A stretch of 64,000 nt of DNA from a virus (IMGVR_UViG_3300045975_000444:19296-83295), one strand, 5' to 3'. Positions 35,620 to 45,343 are shown, numbered from the stretch's first letter. A program made the numbers and translations. The notes: generated by a model not told the origin, from the sequence alone.

Positions 35620-36585
35620 TCAAGGCGCGATCGTCGCCGGGTCGGCGGTGCAGTCGGCCGGGAGCGTGCAGCTCCCACAGTCGGTCGTCCGCCGCCCGGT
35701 GCCGGTGAAGGTCGTGCCGCTACAGGTGCAGGCGGAGTTGTCGACCCCGCACGAGCAGATCTTGCAGAGCGCGGTGTCGGCGAGGACCGCCGCCTCCCAG
35801 CCACAGTCGTCGAAGTTGCCGGCCGCGGTCGAGCCGTGGCCGCCGGTCCCGATCCCGAACTTGGTCGCCGAGGCGTCGCTCAGGGTTGCGCTGGTCGCCG
35901 CGGTGGCGACGTTGAGGGTCGACGACCCGGTCCACCTGTTCAGGCGCATGGTCGTCGCGCCCGAGGCACTCCGCCCGCGCCAGGCAATGAAACTCCAGCC
36001 GGTCGGCGTGGCCGACCAGATGTTCGCGATGGCCGGCGTCACCGCGTTCTCGCTCCCACCGAGGTCCTCGGCGCCGGTGTTGACCAGGAGATAGAGATCG
36101 TAGCCCGCTCCCGTCTGCCACTTGCCCACGAGGGTCGAGTTCGAGGCAACCGAGGACAGGTTGACCCAACACCAGACCGTCAGGTTGTCCGAGGCCGGGG
36201 AAGCCAGATCGGTCGTGGCCGGAGCTTGGAGAGCTTGCGTGCTCGTGAACTGAACCGACTGAGCACCCGCGATGAACGTCGACGTGGAGTAAGTCGGGCT
36301 CCCTACGTTGACGAGGTCGACCGCCGTCGCGCCCGTGCAGGCATCGTTCGCATTGCCCTCCATGGGCCAGCAGTGGTCGATGAGCGTGGCCCAGTTCCCC
36401 GGAGGCGTCGGGGTCGGGGTCGGGGTTGGGCTGGGCGTCGGGGTTGGGGTCGGGCTAGGCGATGGAGTCGGCGTCGGCCCCTCGTCGGCGATCAGGACCG
36501 TCGAGTCGGAGCACTCGGCGCCGCGCGCGATGACCGCCAGCGCGAGCAGCGCGAGCAGCGCGAGCGAGATCGCGAGCCCCCTCAA
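35620..36585 (-). CDS. LamG/concanavalin-like lectin protein with signal peptide, PT linker and Cys-rich tail
   Basis: TTG start; LAISLALLALLALAVIARG; (PT)n; HCWPMEGNANDA...LTVWCWVN...GNFDD. Confidence 0.75.
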   Translation of the reverse strand: MRGLAISLALLALLALAVIARGAECSDSTVLIADEGPTPTPSPSPTPTPTPSPTPTPTPTPPGNWATLIDHCWPMEGNANDACTGATAVDLVNVGSPTYSTSTFIAGAQSVQFTSTQALQAPATTDLASPASDNLTVWCWVNLSSVASNSTLVGKWQTGAGYDLYLLVNTGAEDLGGSENAVTPAIANIWSATPTGWSFIAWRGRSASGATTMRLNRWTGSSTLNVATAATSATLSDASATKFGIGTGGHGSTAAGNFDDCGWEAAVLADTALCKICSCGVDNSACTCSGTTFTGTGRRTTDCGSCTLPADCTADPATIAP

Positions 36586-36749
36586 TTCAGGTCCTCGGGT
36601 AGGCGGGCGATCCGGTTCGAGTAGCGGGCCAGCTCCTCGTCGGTCAGGTGCTCTTCGAGGCGCCGCCCGCAGATGAGGCACGCCGAGACGACGGTCCGGC
36701 CGTCCCTTTCGCCGAGCTTCTCGAACTCGCCTGGGCATTCCCTTCGCAT
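36582..36749 (-). CDS. small Zn-binding protein
   Basis: C...CLICG....H; GAGG RBS. Confidence 0.5.
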   Translation of the reverse strand: MRRECPGEFEKLGERDGRTVVSACLICGRRLEEHLTDEELARYSNRIARLPEDLN

Positions 36750-36787
36750 CGATCGACCTCGCGCGGCCGGCCTGACCGCCGAGTCGG

Positions 36788-39271
36788 TCAGCCGTCGTAC
36801 TGAGCGCATACCAGCACGTCGCAGGTTGCGGTCGGTGAGTTCGTCACCTTCAGGTAGACGACCTCGCGGGCCTGGACCTGCCGTGCCGACGTGAACGCGA
36901 GCCAGGTGGCCGAGGTGCCGCTGTCGCAGACGAGCGAGCCGCCCGAGCCGATCTGGTTCGCGCTCTGATCCTCCAGGCGGACGTGCGGCACGGTCCCGCA
37001 AGTGTCGAAGTGGTTGCACTTGAGCGCCCATACCTCGGCCCCGGTGTCGGGCGCCGCCCAGAAGGGCCGGAGTGTGGAGCTGGAGACGTTGTCGACGGCG
37101 ACGCACATCATGCGCGGCAGGTCGTGCCAAACGCCCATCGCGGTGTCCCAGTTCTCGACGTAGGCGCCGGCCGTCCGAGTCCAGCCGTTCCCGCCAATGG
37201 TGATGTTGCCGTACTTCGACGGCAGCGCCGGGTCGAAGGTGATGAGGGTCTGGGTCGAGGCCGAGTCGGTGAACTGGTTGCCGCTGATCGTGACGCTGCC
37301 GATCGCCGCCGATTCCGACGTGAGCCCGGCGCCGTCCATGTCGATGAAGTCGCCGGTCGACGAGACGCAGTTGAAGAACGTGTTGCCGGTGATCGCGACA
37401 TTGCCCGTGTAGCCGGAATCGGCAACGCAGCGGGTCGCGCCACCGCAGTCGGCCACCTCGGTCGCAACCGTGCAGAACTTGCGGACGTTGGCGCCCGACG
37501 AGGTGTCGCAGTGCATGCCCCGGTCGGCGAAGGCAAGGCAGCGCGGCGCCCCGGAGGTATGGAAGAAGTTGCCCGAGATGGTCCCGTGGTTTGCAATGGC
37601 ACCGTAGGTCCGGTTGTCACCGTACCAGACGAGCGCGCTCATGGCGGCATTACCCCAGGCGATCCGGTTGCCCGTCAGAGTCCACCCGGTCCCCATCACG
37701 ACCGCGGTTACGTACTGGGCGAACATCGTGTTGTCGTTGATCACGATATTGATCAGCGCATCGTATTCGGTGCCCGTCTGGGTCGGGGCGATCGCGTATT
37801 GTCCGCGCATGAAGACGCAGCTCGTGATCATCGAGGTGTTGTTCGCCCCGGCGCTGCCGACCTTGATGTGGTAGCGGTCGGTACCTTCGGTCGCGTTCGA
37901 GACGTCCCCGTAGCAGCCGGTGATGTTGTTGTGGTTGCCCGAGAGAGCGATCCCGGTCGCGCTCGCGCCGGTCAGGTCCCAGTAGTTGCCCGAGTGGGTG
38001 ATGTTGCCCCGCCCGCGGAGATCGAAGCCGATCGCGCTGGCGCCACTGACCGCGACGTGGTTGGCGATGACCTGCACCGAGTCGGCCTCGACGTCGATGC
38101 CGATGCTCGTGGCGAGGCTCGCGCTGACGACGTTGGTCACGACGCGAGCGCCGTCAGCGTCGGCCTTGATGCCGATCGCGCTGCCGGAGACGGCGTTATC
38201 CTTGACGACCCCGCCCGATTCGATGCCGACCGTGTCGCAGTTGATGACGCTATTGTCGCGGACGTAGATCGTGCCGATGATCACACTGACCGAGATCCCG
38301 GTCTCGGTCGGCGTCCCCGAGCCGGAGCACGCGATATCGTTGTCGTCGACGAGCTGGATACCGAGCGTGTCGGAGATGTCGACCAGTTTGAAGGTGCCCG
38401 CGGTCGCCGCCCCGGTGATCTTGTTGCCGCGGAAGTGGCTACTCTCGCCGCCCGAGGCGACCTTCATCGCCGAGGTCGCCTTGCCATTCATGTCGAAGGT
38501 GCAGCCGACGATGCGGACCAGGGTCTTGGAGGTGCCGACGAAGAGGCCCGCGGTGTAGGAGGCGCCGGTCGCCTTGAAGCCGCCACCGCGGGCGCAGACG
38601 ACGCTGACCTTCGACTCCATCTGGACGTCCGAGGCGATCGCGCACGTCTTCCCGGCCGGGACGAGGATCGCGCCGCCCACCGCCGTCAGGTCGTCGAAGG
38701 CGGTGTTGAAAGCCGCCGAGTCGTCGGTCGCCCCGTCGCAGACCGCGCCCCACGTCCGGATGTCCCGGCCTGCTGGCATCGAGTAGGGCATGGCATTGCC
38801 CGATAGGTCCCCCTGGTAGATGTCGCCCGGCCCGACACCGTCGAACTCGGCCTGTGTCAGGACGTCGGCCGGCGTGTAGCTCGGCCCGAGCCAGACCTCG
38901 CCCGCGGCGAGGGCGCCCAGGCCGACCGCGCTCGGCAGGCAGGTCTGTCCCGACCCGCACCAGGTGTCGGCGTCGGCTGGGCAGTCGCTGCCGTCGGCCT
39001 TGCAGATGGTCGCATCGACGTCGGCCGAGGAGAGCGAGCCGTCTTGGACCGAGGTGCCGTCGACCGTGTCGGCCGGGAGGGTCGCCTTGCAGCCGACGAC
39101 CGTGTCGCCCACGTCCTGGGCCAGGACGGCGGGCGGCGTGCAGGCCAGCTCGATTGCCGAGCCGGGGTTTGGCGAGCGCTTGAAGAGCGGCCCGAACTCG
39201 GTCGCCCATGCGGGCGCGGCCAGCGTCAGAGCCAGCGCCGCGAGGAGCCGTCGCCGACCGCAGGTCCGCAT
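36788..39271 (-). CDS. right-handed beta-helix (pectate lyase 3-like) depolymerase / spike with signal peptide
   Basis: DIRTWGAVCDGATDDSAAFNTA...ILVPAG; many ITGN/ISGN rungs; N-terminal RRRLLAALALTLAAPAWA. Confidence 0.85.
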   Translation of the reverse strand: MRTCGRRRLLAALALTLAAPAWATEFGPLFKRSPNPGSAIELACTPPAVLAQDVGDTVVGCKATLPADTVDGTSVQDGSLSSADVDATICKADGSDCPADADTWCGSGQTCLPSAVGLGALAAGEVWLGPSYTPADVLTQAEFDGVGPGDIYQGDLSGNAMPYSMPAGRDIRTWGAVCDGATDDSAAFNTAFDDLTAVGGAILVPAGKTCAIASDVQMESKVSVVCARGGGFKATGASYTAGLFVGTSKTLVRIVGCTFDMNGKATSAMKVASGGESSHFRGNKITGAATAGTFKLVDISDTLGIQLVDDNDIACSGSGTPTETGISVSVIIGTIYVRDNSVINCDTVGIESGGVVKDNAVSGSAIGIKADADGARVVTNVVSASLATSIGIDVEADSVQVIANHVAVSGASAIGFDLRGRGNITHSGNYWDLTGASATGIALSGNHNNITGCYGDVSNATEGTDRYHIKVGSAGANNTSMITSCVFMRGQYAIAPTQTGTEYDALINIVINDNTMFAQYVTAVVMGTGWTLTGNRIAWGNAAMSALVWYGDNRTYGAIANHGTISGNFFHTSGAPRCLAFADRGMHCDTSSGANVRKFCTVATEVADCGGATRCVADSGYTGNVAITGNTFFNCVSSTGDFIDMDGAGLTSESAAIGSVTISGNQFTDSASTQTLITFDPALPSKYGNITIGGNGWTRTAGAYVENWDTAMGVWHDLPRMMCVAVDNVSSSTLRPFWAAPDTGAEVWALKCNHFDTCGTVPHVRLEDQSANQIGSGGSLVCDSGTSATWLAFTSARQVQAREVVYLKVTNSPTATCDVLVCAQYDG

Positions 39272-39275
39272 CGGC

Positions 39276-40082
39276 TCACCCGGTGATCTGCGCGGTGCAG
39301 TTGAGATAGCCGTCGACCATGGCCGAGGCGCCGGCCGTCACCTCCATGGAGATGCAGTTGTTCGACCCGAGCGTCTTCGGGGCGTTGGTGCCTGCTCCAA
39401 CAGAGAAGGCGGTCGTCGCGATCGCCGAGGTCGAGCCGTCACAGGTGAGCGCCCCCGAGCACGCCCCGGTGCAGACCTTGGCCGTCGACGTCGCCGTCTG
39501 GCCGATGGTCATCAGGCAGTCGAGGTTATTGATCGTCCCCGAGCGGACCGGCGTCCGGCACTTCGCCTCGGTGTCGCAGATCCGCCCGCCAGGGGCGACG
39601 TAGAACTTCCCACCCGCGGTGAGGTTGGTCGTGGATAAGTCGGCCGTGAACGAGACTACCGAGGGATAGGGCGACGGCGGCGCTACCCCGGCGGCGATCC
39701 AGTCGAGGTCGCAGCCGGCTTGCGCGCCCGTCGAGGAGAGCACCTCACCGGCGGCTCCCTTCGGGAGGCGGACGATGTTGGTCCCGTCGTAGCAGAAGAG
39801 ATCGCCGTCGACGGCGGTCGCGGTGTCGAAGAGGGCATTCAAGCTCGCCTGCCTCGACGTCTGTCCGGTGCCGCCCAAGGTGAACGGAATGGGCGACGTG
39901 ATCCCGATCGTGTCGACGTCGACCCGACCGAGCGGCGACTGGAGGTCTTGAGCGCGCGCCGGGGCGGGCGCGAGCAAGAGGACCGACGAGAAGGAGAGCG
40001 CGGCGACAACCGCGCCCGATGGCCTGGTCGTCGCCCACACCCGAAGTCCCTGGAGGACCTGCGGTCGGCAATGCTCATTCAT
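39276..40082 (-). CDS. fibre/appendage-like protein with signal peptide
   Basis: VVAALSFSSVLLLAPAPARA; GGTGQTS..A and GDLFCYDGTN..RLPKG..GEVL fibre motifs; Cys-rich beta C-domain. Confidence 0.6.
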   Translation of the reverse strand: MNEHCRPQVLQGLRVWATTRPSGAVVAALSFSSVLLLAPAPARAQDLQSPLGRVDVDTIGITSPIPFTLGGTGQTSRQASLNALFDTATAVDGDLFCYDGTNIVRLPKGAAGEVLSSTGAQAGCDLDWIAAGVAPPSPYPSVVSFTADLSTTNLTAGGKFYVAPGGRICDTEAKCRTPVRSGTINNLDCLMTIGQTATSTAKVCTGACSGALTCDGSTSAIATTAFSVGAGTNAPKTLGSNNCISMEVTAGASAMVDGYLNCTAQITG

Positions 40083-40711
40083 GGGCCTGGCTCCTCGGGC
40101 TCGGTCGGCGCGAACACGATCGAGCCCCGGTGATACGCCTCGGCGGCGCCCGCGTTCTGGACCCGGACGGCGAAGAGCCCGCCCTCGGGCCAGTCGACCG
40201 GGAACTTCGAGACCCCGGTCTTGACGGCGCCCGTGATCGTGAAGGCACAGCTCGTCGGCGCGCCGTCCTGGAAGACCGTGTAGGTGACCACCCCGGCGCC
40301 GGGCTCAGCCGACGAGTGCATGTGGAGTTCGAGGAGCGTGCCCGAGGCCAAGGCGCCCTCGGCCTCGGCGCGGGCCGCGCGCATGCCGCCTGGGCCGATG
40401 TAGACCTCCTCGCCAGGGCGGAGCGTCTGCGGCGTGCCGATCATGTAGAGCTGCCTCGTGCCGGCGCCGAGAGGCGGCGGGACGGCGACGATCGGCTCCT
40501 CGACGTCGATGATCGAGGCGTAGCTCGGGCGGTCGCGCGAGTAGAGGAACGACCGGGCCGTCGCCACGATCGCGGGCGCGCCCCCGTCGAGAGCGACGAT
40601 GGAGGGTACCACGATGCTCCCGGCGATTTGGGACACGCCCGCGACCAGCTCGGCGACCTCTGACCCGCCGCCGCCGACCGTCCGAATCGCGCCGGTCCGG
40701 ATGTTCGACAC
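40079..40711 (-). CDS. hypothetical virion protein (beta-sandwich)
   Basis: first gene after the MCP; GTG at 40711; ATGA overlap downstream. Confidence 0.55.
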   Translation of the reverse strand: MSNIRTGAIRTVGGGGSEVAELVAGVSQIAGSIVVPSIVALDGGAPAIVATARSFLYSRDRPSYASIIDVEEPIVAVPPPLGAGTRQLYMIGTPQTLRPGEEVYIGPGGMRAARAEAEGALASGTLLELHMHSSAEPGAGVVTYTVFQDGAPTSCAFTITGAVKTGVSKFPVDWPEGGLFAVRVQNAGAAEAYHRGSIVFAPTEPEEPGP

Positions 40712-40735
40712 ATGCCCGCGTTTCTCGCGCGCGCG

Positions 40736-40794
40736 TGCGCGCGAATGTCGCCCCGCCCGTCGTCTCGTTTCGAGCGGAGCGACACTCGCGCGCA
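40736..40794 (-). promoter_or_regulatory. 24-bp RNA stem-loop downstream of the major capsid gene
   Basis: arms 40736-40759 and 40771-40794; the three mismatches are all G-U pairs on the minus (mRNA) strand. Confidence 0.7.
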
Positions 40795-40819
40795 TGACCC
40801 GACGCGCGCCGCCAGTCGG

Positions 40820-42193
40820 TTACGCCGCCATCAGCCCCTTGGCGATCGCGGTCGGCTGCGGGAAGAGGAACCCGATGCGCTGCGCCACCCGGATGCCCAT
40901 CGAGCCCGAGGTCCAGAAGGGCAGCGGCGAGAAGTCGACCGTGACGCCCCGGCGGATTCCCATCCAGCAGCGGTCGGCCGCCACGATCACGATCCACGGC
41001 TCGGTCGCCGTATCGCCGTCGGGGAGATGCTTGGTGCAGTAGATCGGCTTGCCGAGCAGGTAGCCCGGAGCGCCCTTGAGCGGGTCGGGCGGGCCGCCGC
41101 CGCCAAACGGCTGCTGCACGCTGGAGTTGAAGTTGTGCAGATAGATGGGCGTCGAGGTCTCGGCCTGGAGGCCCATGATCTTGGTGGTGAAGGCCTTGGT
41201 ATTGACGATGAAGATCGTCTTCTCGCCGAAGATCGTCACGTCCTCGACCTTCGACATGAGCGAGAGCAGCTCGGTCACCGCCGGGATGCCGCCGTTGGTC
41301 GTGAGCGAGCCGACGTCGCCCGAGCCGATGCCGGCGGTGTTGACGACGCCGTTGAACGGGTCGTTCGCCGAGGCGTTGCCAACCAAGGCGACCCTGGTCT
41401 CCTCGGAGGCCATCGCCTCCAGGTAGATGCGCCCGAGCACGGTCATCAGCGGCTCGTTGGAGACCGCGTCCTCCAGGTACTCGCCCGAGATCTTGTCGAC
41501 CGCCATGACCGTCTTGGCGTTGAGCGTCGGCGCCGTCAGGCGGATGCCCTGCTCGGGGAAGCCCAGCTCGGTCGGCCCGGCGGGCGCCGCGGTCGGCTTG
41601 GGCGGGTTCGTCCCGGCCACCAGCGGCGTGGTCGCCCACGGCGACTTGCCCTCATCGGGCCAGAAGATGAGCGGCCCCGAGGTCTTGACCGGGAAGTCGA
41701 TCGAGCGGTTCTCCATCTGGAGCTTGTTGAAGGTGAGGCGCGGGAGCGAGGCCTCCTCCATGAAGCGGATGATCTCGGGGAGGACGAGCTTCGGGATCTG
41801 GGCGCCGCCACCCGCGGCGGTCGAGCCCGACATGTCGGCCTCGTAGCGGTCGCGGTCGACCGGCTGGCCCTTGTGGACCAGATAGGCCGCGTGGCAGGTG
41901 CGGCCGACCTCGGCCAGCGCCTTGTCGCGCGCCTCGCCCCAGCCGGCGGCGGTGAACTTCTGGCCCGCCTCCTTCTGGTCGTCGATGGCCCGCAGCGCGA
42001 CCTTGACGAGCGAGAAGGCGTCTTCGAGCGAGGTGATCCGGCCGTCATGGAGGGTTGCGCGCTCGCGCTCCTCGGTGACGAAGGTGCCGATCATCGACTC
42101 GATCTTCTCGACGAAGTCGAGCCCCTCGTGGACGTTCTGCCCGCCGGCAGTATTCTCGTCGGTCTTGATGTGACCGGCGTTTGCGTTCGACAT
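40820..42193 (-). CDS. major capsid protein, HK97 fold, with N-terminal delta/scaffold domain
   Basis: follows the protease; STAAGGGAQIP, ISGEYLEDA, LLGKPIY, IRVAQRIG..QPTA; AAGGAAAGGA RBS. Confidence 0.9.
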   Translation of the reverse strand: MSNANAGHIKTDENTAGGQNVHEGLDFVEKIESMIGTFVTEERERATLHDGRITSLEDAFSLVKVALRAIDDQKEAGQKFTAAGWGEARDKALAEVGRTCHAAYLVHKGQPVDRDRYEADMSGSTAAGGGAQIPKLVLPEIIRFMEEASLPRLTFNKLQMENRSIDFPVKTSGPLIFWPDEGKSPWATTPLVAGTNPPKPTAAPAGPTELGFPEQGIRLTAPTLNAKTVMAVDKISGEYLEDAVSNEPLMTVLGRIYLEAMASEETRVALVGNASANDPFNGVVNTAGIGSGDVGSLTTNGGIPAVTELLSLMSKVEDVTIFGEKTIFIVNTKAFTTKIMGLQAETSTPIYLHNFNSSVQQPFGGGGPPDPLKGAPGYLLGKPIYCTKHLPDGDTATEPWIVIVAADRCWMGIRRGVTVDFSPLPFWTSGSMGIRVAQRIGFLFPQPTAIAKGLMAA

Positions 42194-42222
42194 CGGGGGA
42201 TTCCTTTCCTTCGGACGCGGCT

Positions 42223-44127
42223 CTACTTGACGGCCGCACCCGCCCCGGTCGCCTCGCCCCCCTGCGGAGCGTCCGGCGCCTTCTGCGCCCTCCGCGATGC
42301 GAGTAGATCCTGGAGCCGGTCGTGAGCGGCCTTGTAGGCCGCGGCCTTGGGAGCGGGAGCGACGACCCTCTGCGCGTCCGGCTTCTCGACGGGCGCCGCT
42401 CCGTTTGGCCGAGCGCGACGCGCCGCCGTCAGTAGCTCGCCAAGGCGCGCGGCTGCGCGCTCCAGGTCGCGGACGGCTTCGCCCTCGGGCGTCTTCTTCT
42501 TGCGCTTCTCGGTGTCCTCGGCGTCGGCGCCCTCGTCCTCGGGCATCTCGCCCTCGGGCGCCTCGTCGCCGTTCTCTTCCTCGTCGTCCTCCTCCTCGTC
42601 GTCGGGGCCGCGGCCGAGCGCCGCGCGCGTGCGGGCGCGGATGCCGCTCTTCTTGGGCGCCGCCGCCTTTGCCTCACCGCCGTCCTCGGCAATCAGGCGG
42701 TCCAGGTCGGCGGCCAGCTCGCGCGAGAGGAGTGCCGCGGTCCGGAGGCTCGCCCGGATCTCCTCGGGCGTGAGCGCTTGGCCGCGGTCGTAGAGGAGCG
42801 CCCCGGCGAGACTCCTGACGGTCGCCGCCGCGCGCATGAACGCCGCCCGGTCGGCCGGGTTCGGCGCGACCGCGAGGTAGCGCTCCAGGTTGTAGGGCGC
42901 GGCGCTATCGACGGGCACCGCCGCGGGCACCGCCGCCGCGGGCACCGTCGCCGGGCGCTTCGCCTGCTCGCGCTCGGGCGAGCCCACCGCGCGCGCGCGC
43001 AGGTAAGCCGTCACGCCGTTGTCGAGCGACTCCTCGATTGTCGGGCCGACGAGCTGGCCGTCGCGCTTGGGATGGAACGTAAAGCCGGCGCGCAGCTCGT
43101 GGAGCCCGGCCGGCTTGACCTCGGCGAAGCCGTTCTGGTGGAGCCAGGCCGACGCGCTCTCGCGGTCGGGGAACTCCGAGCGCGCCAGGAAGATGCGCTG
43201 TGTGCCCAGCCGCGAGCGCACCCGCGGCGCTGCGTCGCCCGCCCGCGTAGGTGAGAGGATAGGCCCGCCGTCCGCGGACTCTTCGCCCGCCCCGCCAGGC
43301 GCGCTCGCGACCGTCCGCGCCGGCCTCTCGGCGGTCTCCGACTCCGCCGGCTGCGCAATCGAGCGAAGCGTGCCGTCGGCCTGGCCGACGAGCCGCTCCG
43401 GCTGGAAGGAGACCCACCCACCCAGGCCGGCCATAGCTGCTCCTTGGAGGCGCTCCTCGGCGCCGGTTCCGGCGATCTCGTAGGGGCGAACGACGCCGAC
43501 GTAGCGACCGATGAGCGTCGCCTCGTCCGCCGAGATGACCGCGGCCGAGGCGGCGCGCTTGATCAGCTCCTCGGGGCCGACGACATCGACCCGGCCGGCG
43601 TGCTGGTTTGCCGGGATCAAGACGACCGACTGCTCGACCATGCGCGAGCGGCCGAAATACTTGCCGACCATGCCCGACTGATGGCGGATCGCCTTGGGTT
43701 GCATCGCCTCGTGAGCCGTCCACGAGATCGAGGTCTTGTTGATGATCCCGTGCTCGGGGAGGGCCATGCGGTAGACCGAGTCGGCGAGGTGCCAGGCATC
43801 CGAGCCGGTCGAGACCTGCTCGGGCGAGCAGAAGCGCGCGCGGCACATGACACCGGGCGTAGAGTCGGGAAGGCGAGTCGCCCGGCGCGCCACCCACTTG
43901 CCGAGCGGCAGCGCCCGCCAGTCGCGCTCGCCCCCCTCGTGGCCGAGGAGGAGGAGCGGGTTGGAGGCGTAGTCGCGCCAGTCGATCCCGTCCGAGATGA
44001 CGACGTTGCCGTTGTGGTGGGCATGGTCCGACGTCGTGACGAAGGTCAGCTCGCGACGCGTGCGGTCGACGAAGTCGTCGCCCCCGAGCGCACCGCCGAA
44101 ACCCATCGCCGCCGAATAGGTCTCCAT
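42223..44127 (-). CDS. prohead protease with C-terminal scaffold-like extension
   Basis: DGIDWRDYASNPLLLLGH...PLGK; KTSISW; MVEQSVVLIPANQHA. Confidence 0.85.
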   Translation of the reverse strand: METYSAAMGFGGALGGDDFVDRTRRELTFVTTSDHAHHNGNVVISDGIDWRDYASNPLLLLGHEGGERDWRALPLGKWVARRATRLPDSTPGVMCRARFCSPEQVSTGSDAWHLADSVYRMALPEHGIINKTSISWTAHEAMQPKAIRHQSGMVGKYFGRSRMVEQSVVLIPANQHAGRVDVVGPEELIKRAASAAVISADEATLIGRYVGVVRPYEIAGTGAEERLQGAAMAGLGGWVSFQPERLVGQADGTLRSIAQPAESETAERPARTVASAPGGAGEESADGGPILSPTRAGDAAPRVRSRLGTQRIFLARSEFPDRESASAWLHQNGFAEVKPAGLHELRAGFTFHPKRDGQLVGPTIEESLDNGVTAYLRARAVGSPEREQAKRPATVPAAAVPAAVPVDSAAPYNLERYLAVAPNPADRAAFMRAAATVRSLAGALLYDRGQALTPEEIRASLRTAALLSRELAADLDRLIAEDGGEAKAAAPKKSGIRARTRAALGRGPDDEEEDDEEENGDEAPEGEMPEDEGADAEDTEKRKKKTPEGEAVRDLERAAARLGELLTAARRARPNGAAPVEKPDAQRVVAPAPKAAAYKAAHDRLQDLLASRRAQKAPDAPQGGEATGAGAAVK

Positions 44128-44213
44128 GACGCGGGCGAGCTTCGGGGAGGCGCGTCAGGTTACTAAGCGCGCTCGACGCTTGCGCCGGATCGTGCGTGCG
44201 CGGATAAGTGCGC

Positions 44214-44618
44214 ATGCCGCGCTATCTCGCCGTGATCGACGGCGCCGCGCCGAGCTACACGGTCACATTCCCCGACCTCGCCGGCTTGACGGCGAGCGGT
44301 CGCACGACCGACGAGGCGATCGACAATGCGGTCGGCGTGCTCGCGACCTACGCGCGCGAGCAGCGCGCGATGGCCGGCATGCCGGCGCCGCACGACTTGA
44401 CCGAGCTACGCCGCCGCCGCGATGTCCGCTTGGCACTCGGGAAGGGGGCCGTCCTGGCGCTCGTGCCACTCGTCATGGAGACCGGGCGCTCGACGCACGC
44501 GAACCTGTCGATCGACGACGGGCTCTTGCGCGCGATCGACGAGGAGGCGCGCCGCCTCGGCGTGACGCGCTCGGCGTTCGTCGCCGCCGCGACACGCGAG
44601 AAGATCGCGCGGACCTAG
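44214..44618 (+). CDS. hicB: HicB-family antitoxin with C-terminal RHH (orphan)
   Basis: YTVTFPDLAGLTASGRTTDEAIDNA...P.P...NLSIDDGLLRAIDEEARRLGVTRSAFV. Confidence 0.9.
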   Translation: MPRYLAVIDGAAPSYTVTFPDLAGLTASGRTTDEAIDNAVGVLATYAREQRAMAGMPAPHDLTELRRRRDVRLALGKGAVLALVPLVMETGRSTHANLSIDDGLLRAIDEEARRLGVTRSAFVAAATREKIART

Positions 44619-44631
44619 TGCTCGCGGAACC

Positions 44632-44832
44632 TCACTCGCCCTCCGGAGCGATCACGCAATCCGGGCAGAAGCGGTCGTGGTACTGGAGGAGGAGATGGCG
44701 GAGCATCTGCATGGGCTCGCGTCCGGTAAGCCAGGTGTCTTCCTCGGAGAGCCCGATCGTCGACTCGGCGACGGCGATCGCCGCGTCGCGGATCTCGCGC
44801 AGCAGCTCGACCTCACGCTCATCTGTCGCCAT
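44632..44832 (-). CDS. hypothetical protein
   Basis: GGAGGG RBS; MATDEREVELL..., HxxxCPDC. Confidence 0.55.
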   Translation of the reverse strand: MATDEREVELLREIRDAAIAVAESTIGLSEEDTWLTGREPMQMLRHLLLQYHDRFCPDCVIAPEGE

Positions 44833-45343
44833 CGCTCTTTCCCTCCAGGTGCGCGCGGACCGCGCGCGCGAGCGGCGACGGCGCGACCTCGGCCGGCGTT
44901 GCCGGTTGTTCGTCCTCACCCTGAGTCGAAGCATCGCGCAATGCGAGCGGCATCTTTCTCGCGTTCGCTTTCCTGAAACGGCGCCCGCCCTCGGCGAGGA
45001 TCTGCCCGAACTCGGCGGCGCCCGTCTCCGGGTTGCGGAACAGGCGGTCGGTCATCGCCGCCGAGACCTCGACCGAGATCTCGGTGCCCCACGGGGTCTC
45101 GGTTGCGCGCCATGAGATATCGCCCGACTTGCGATCCCAGTGGACCTCGCCGCGGCCGTCCATCGCCGCGGCCAGCTCGGCATGGACGATCGCCAGGGCT
45201 TTGGTGACCCGCAGGAACTCGGCCGGGTCGCCGCCGACATCCGGATGAGTCTCCTTGGCGCGCTGGCGGAAGGCCTTCGCCGCCGCCCGCGCGTTTGTCG
45301 GGAGCGTGACCCCGAGAATGTCGAGGGCCTCGGCTAGATTCAG
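44819..45343 (-). CDS. J-domain (DnaJ-like) protein, probable CTG start
   Basis: in-frame extension of the 44819-45163 ORF reads LNLAEALDILGV...AKAFRQRAKETHPDVGGDPAEFLRVTKAL with HPD; GAGGA shortly before CTG at 45343. Confidence 0.8.
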   Translation of the reverse strand: MNLAEALDILGVTLPTNARAAAKAFRQRAKETHPDVGGDPAEFLRVTKALAIVHAELAAAMDGRGEVHWDRKSGDISWRATETPWGTEISVEVSAAMTDRLFRNPETGAAEFGQILAEGGRRFRKANARKMPLALRDASTQGEDEQPATPAEVAPSPLARAVRAHLEGKSDGDR

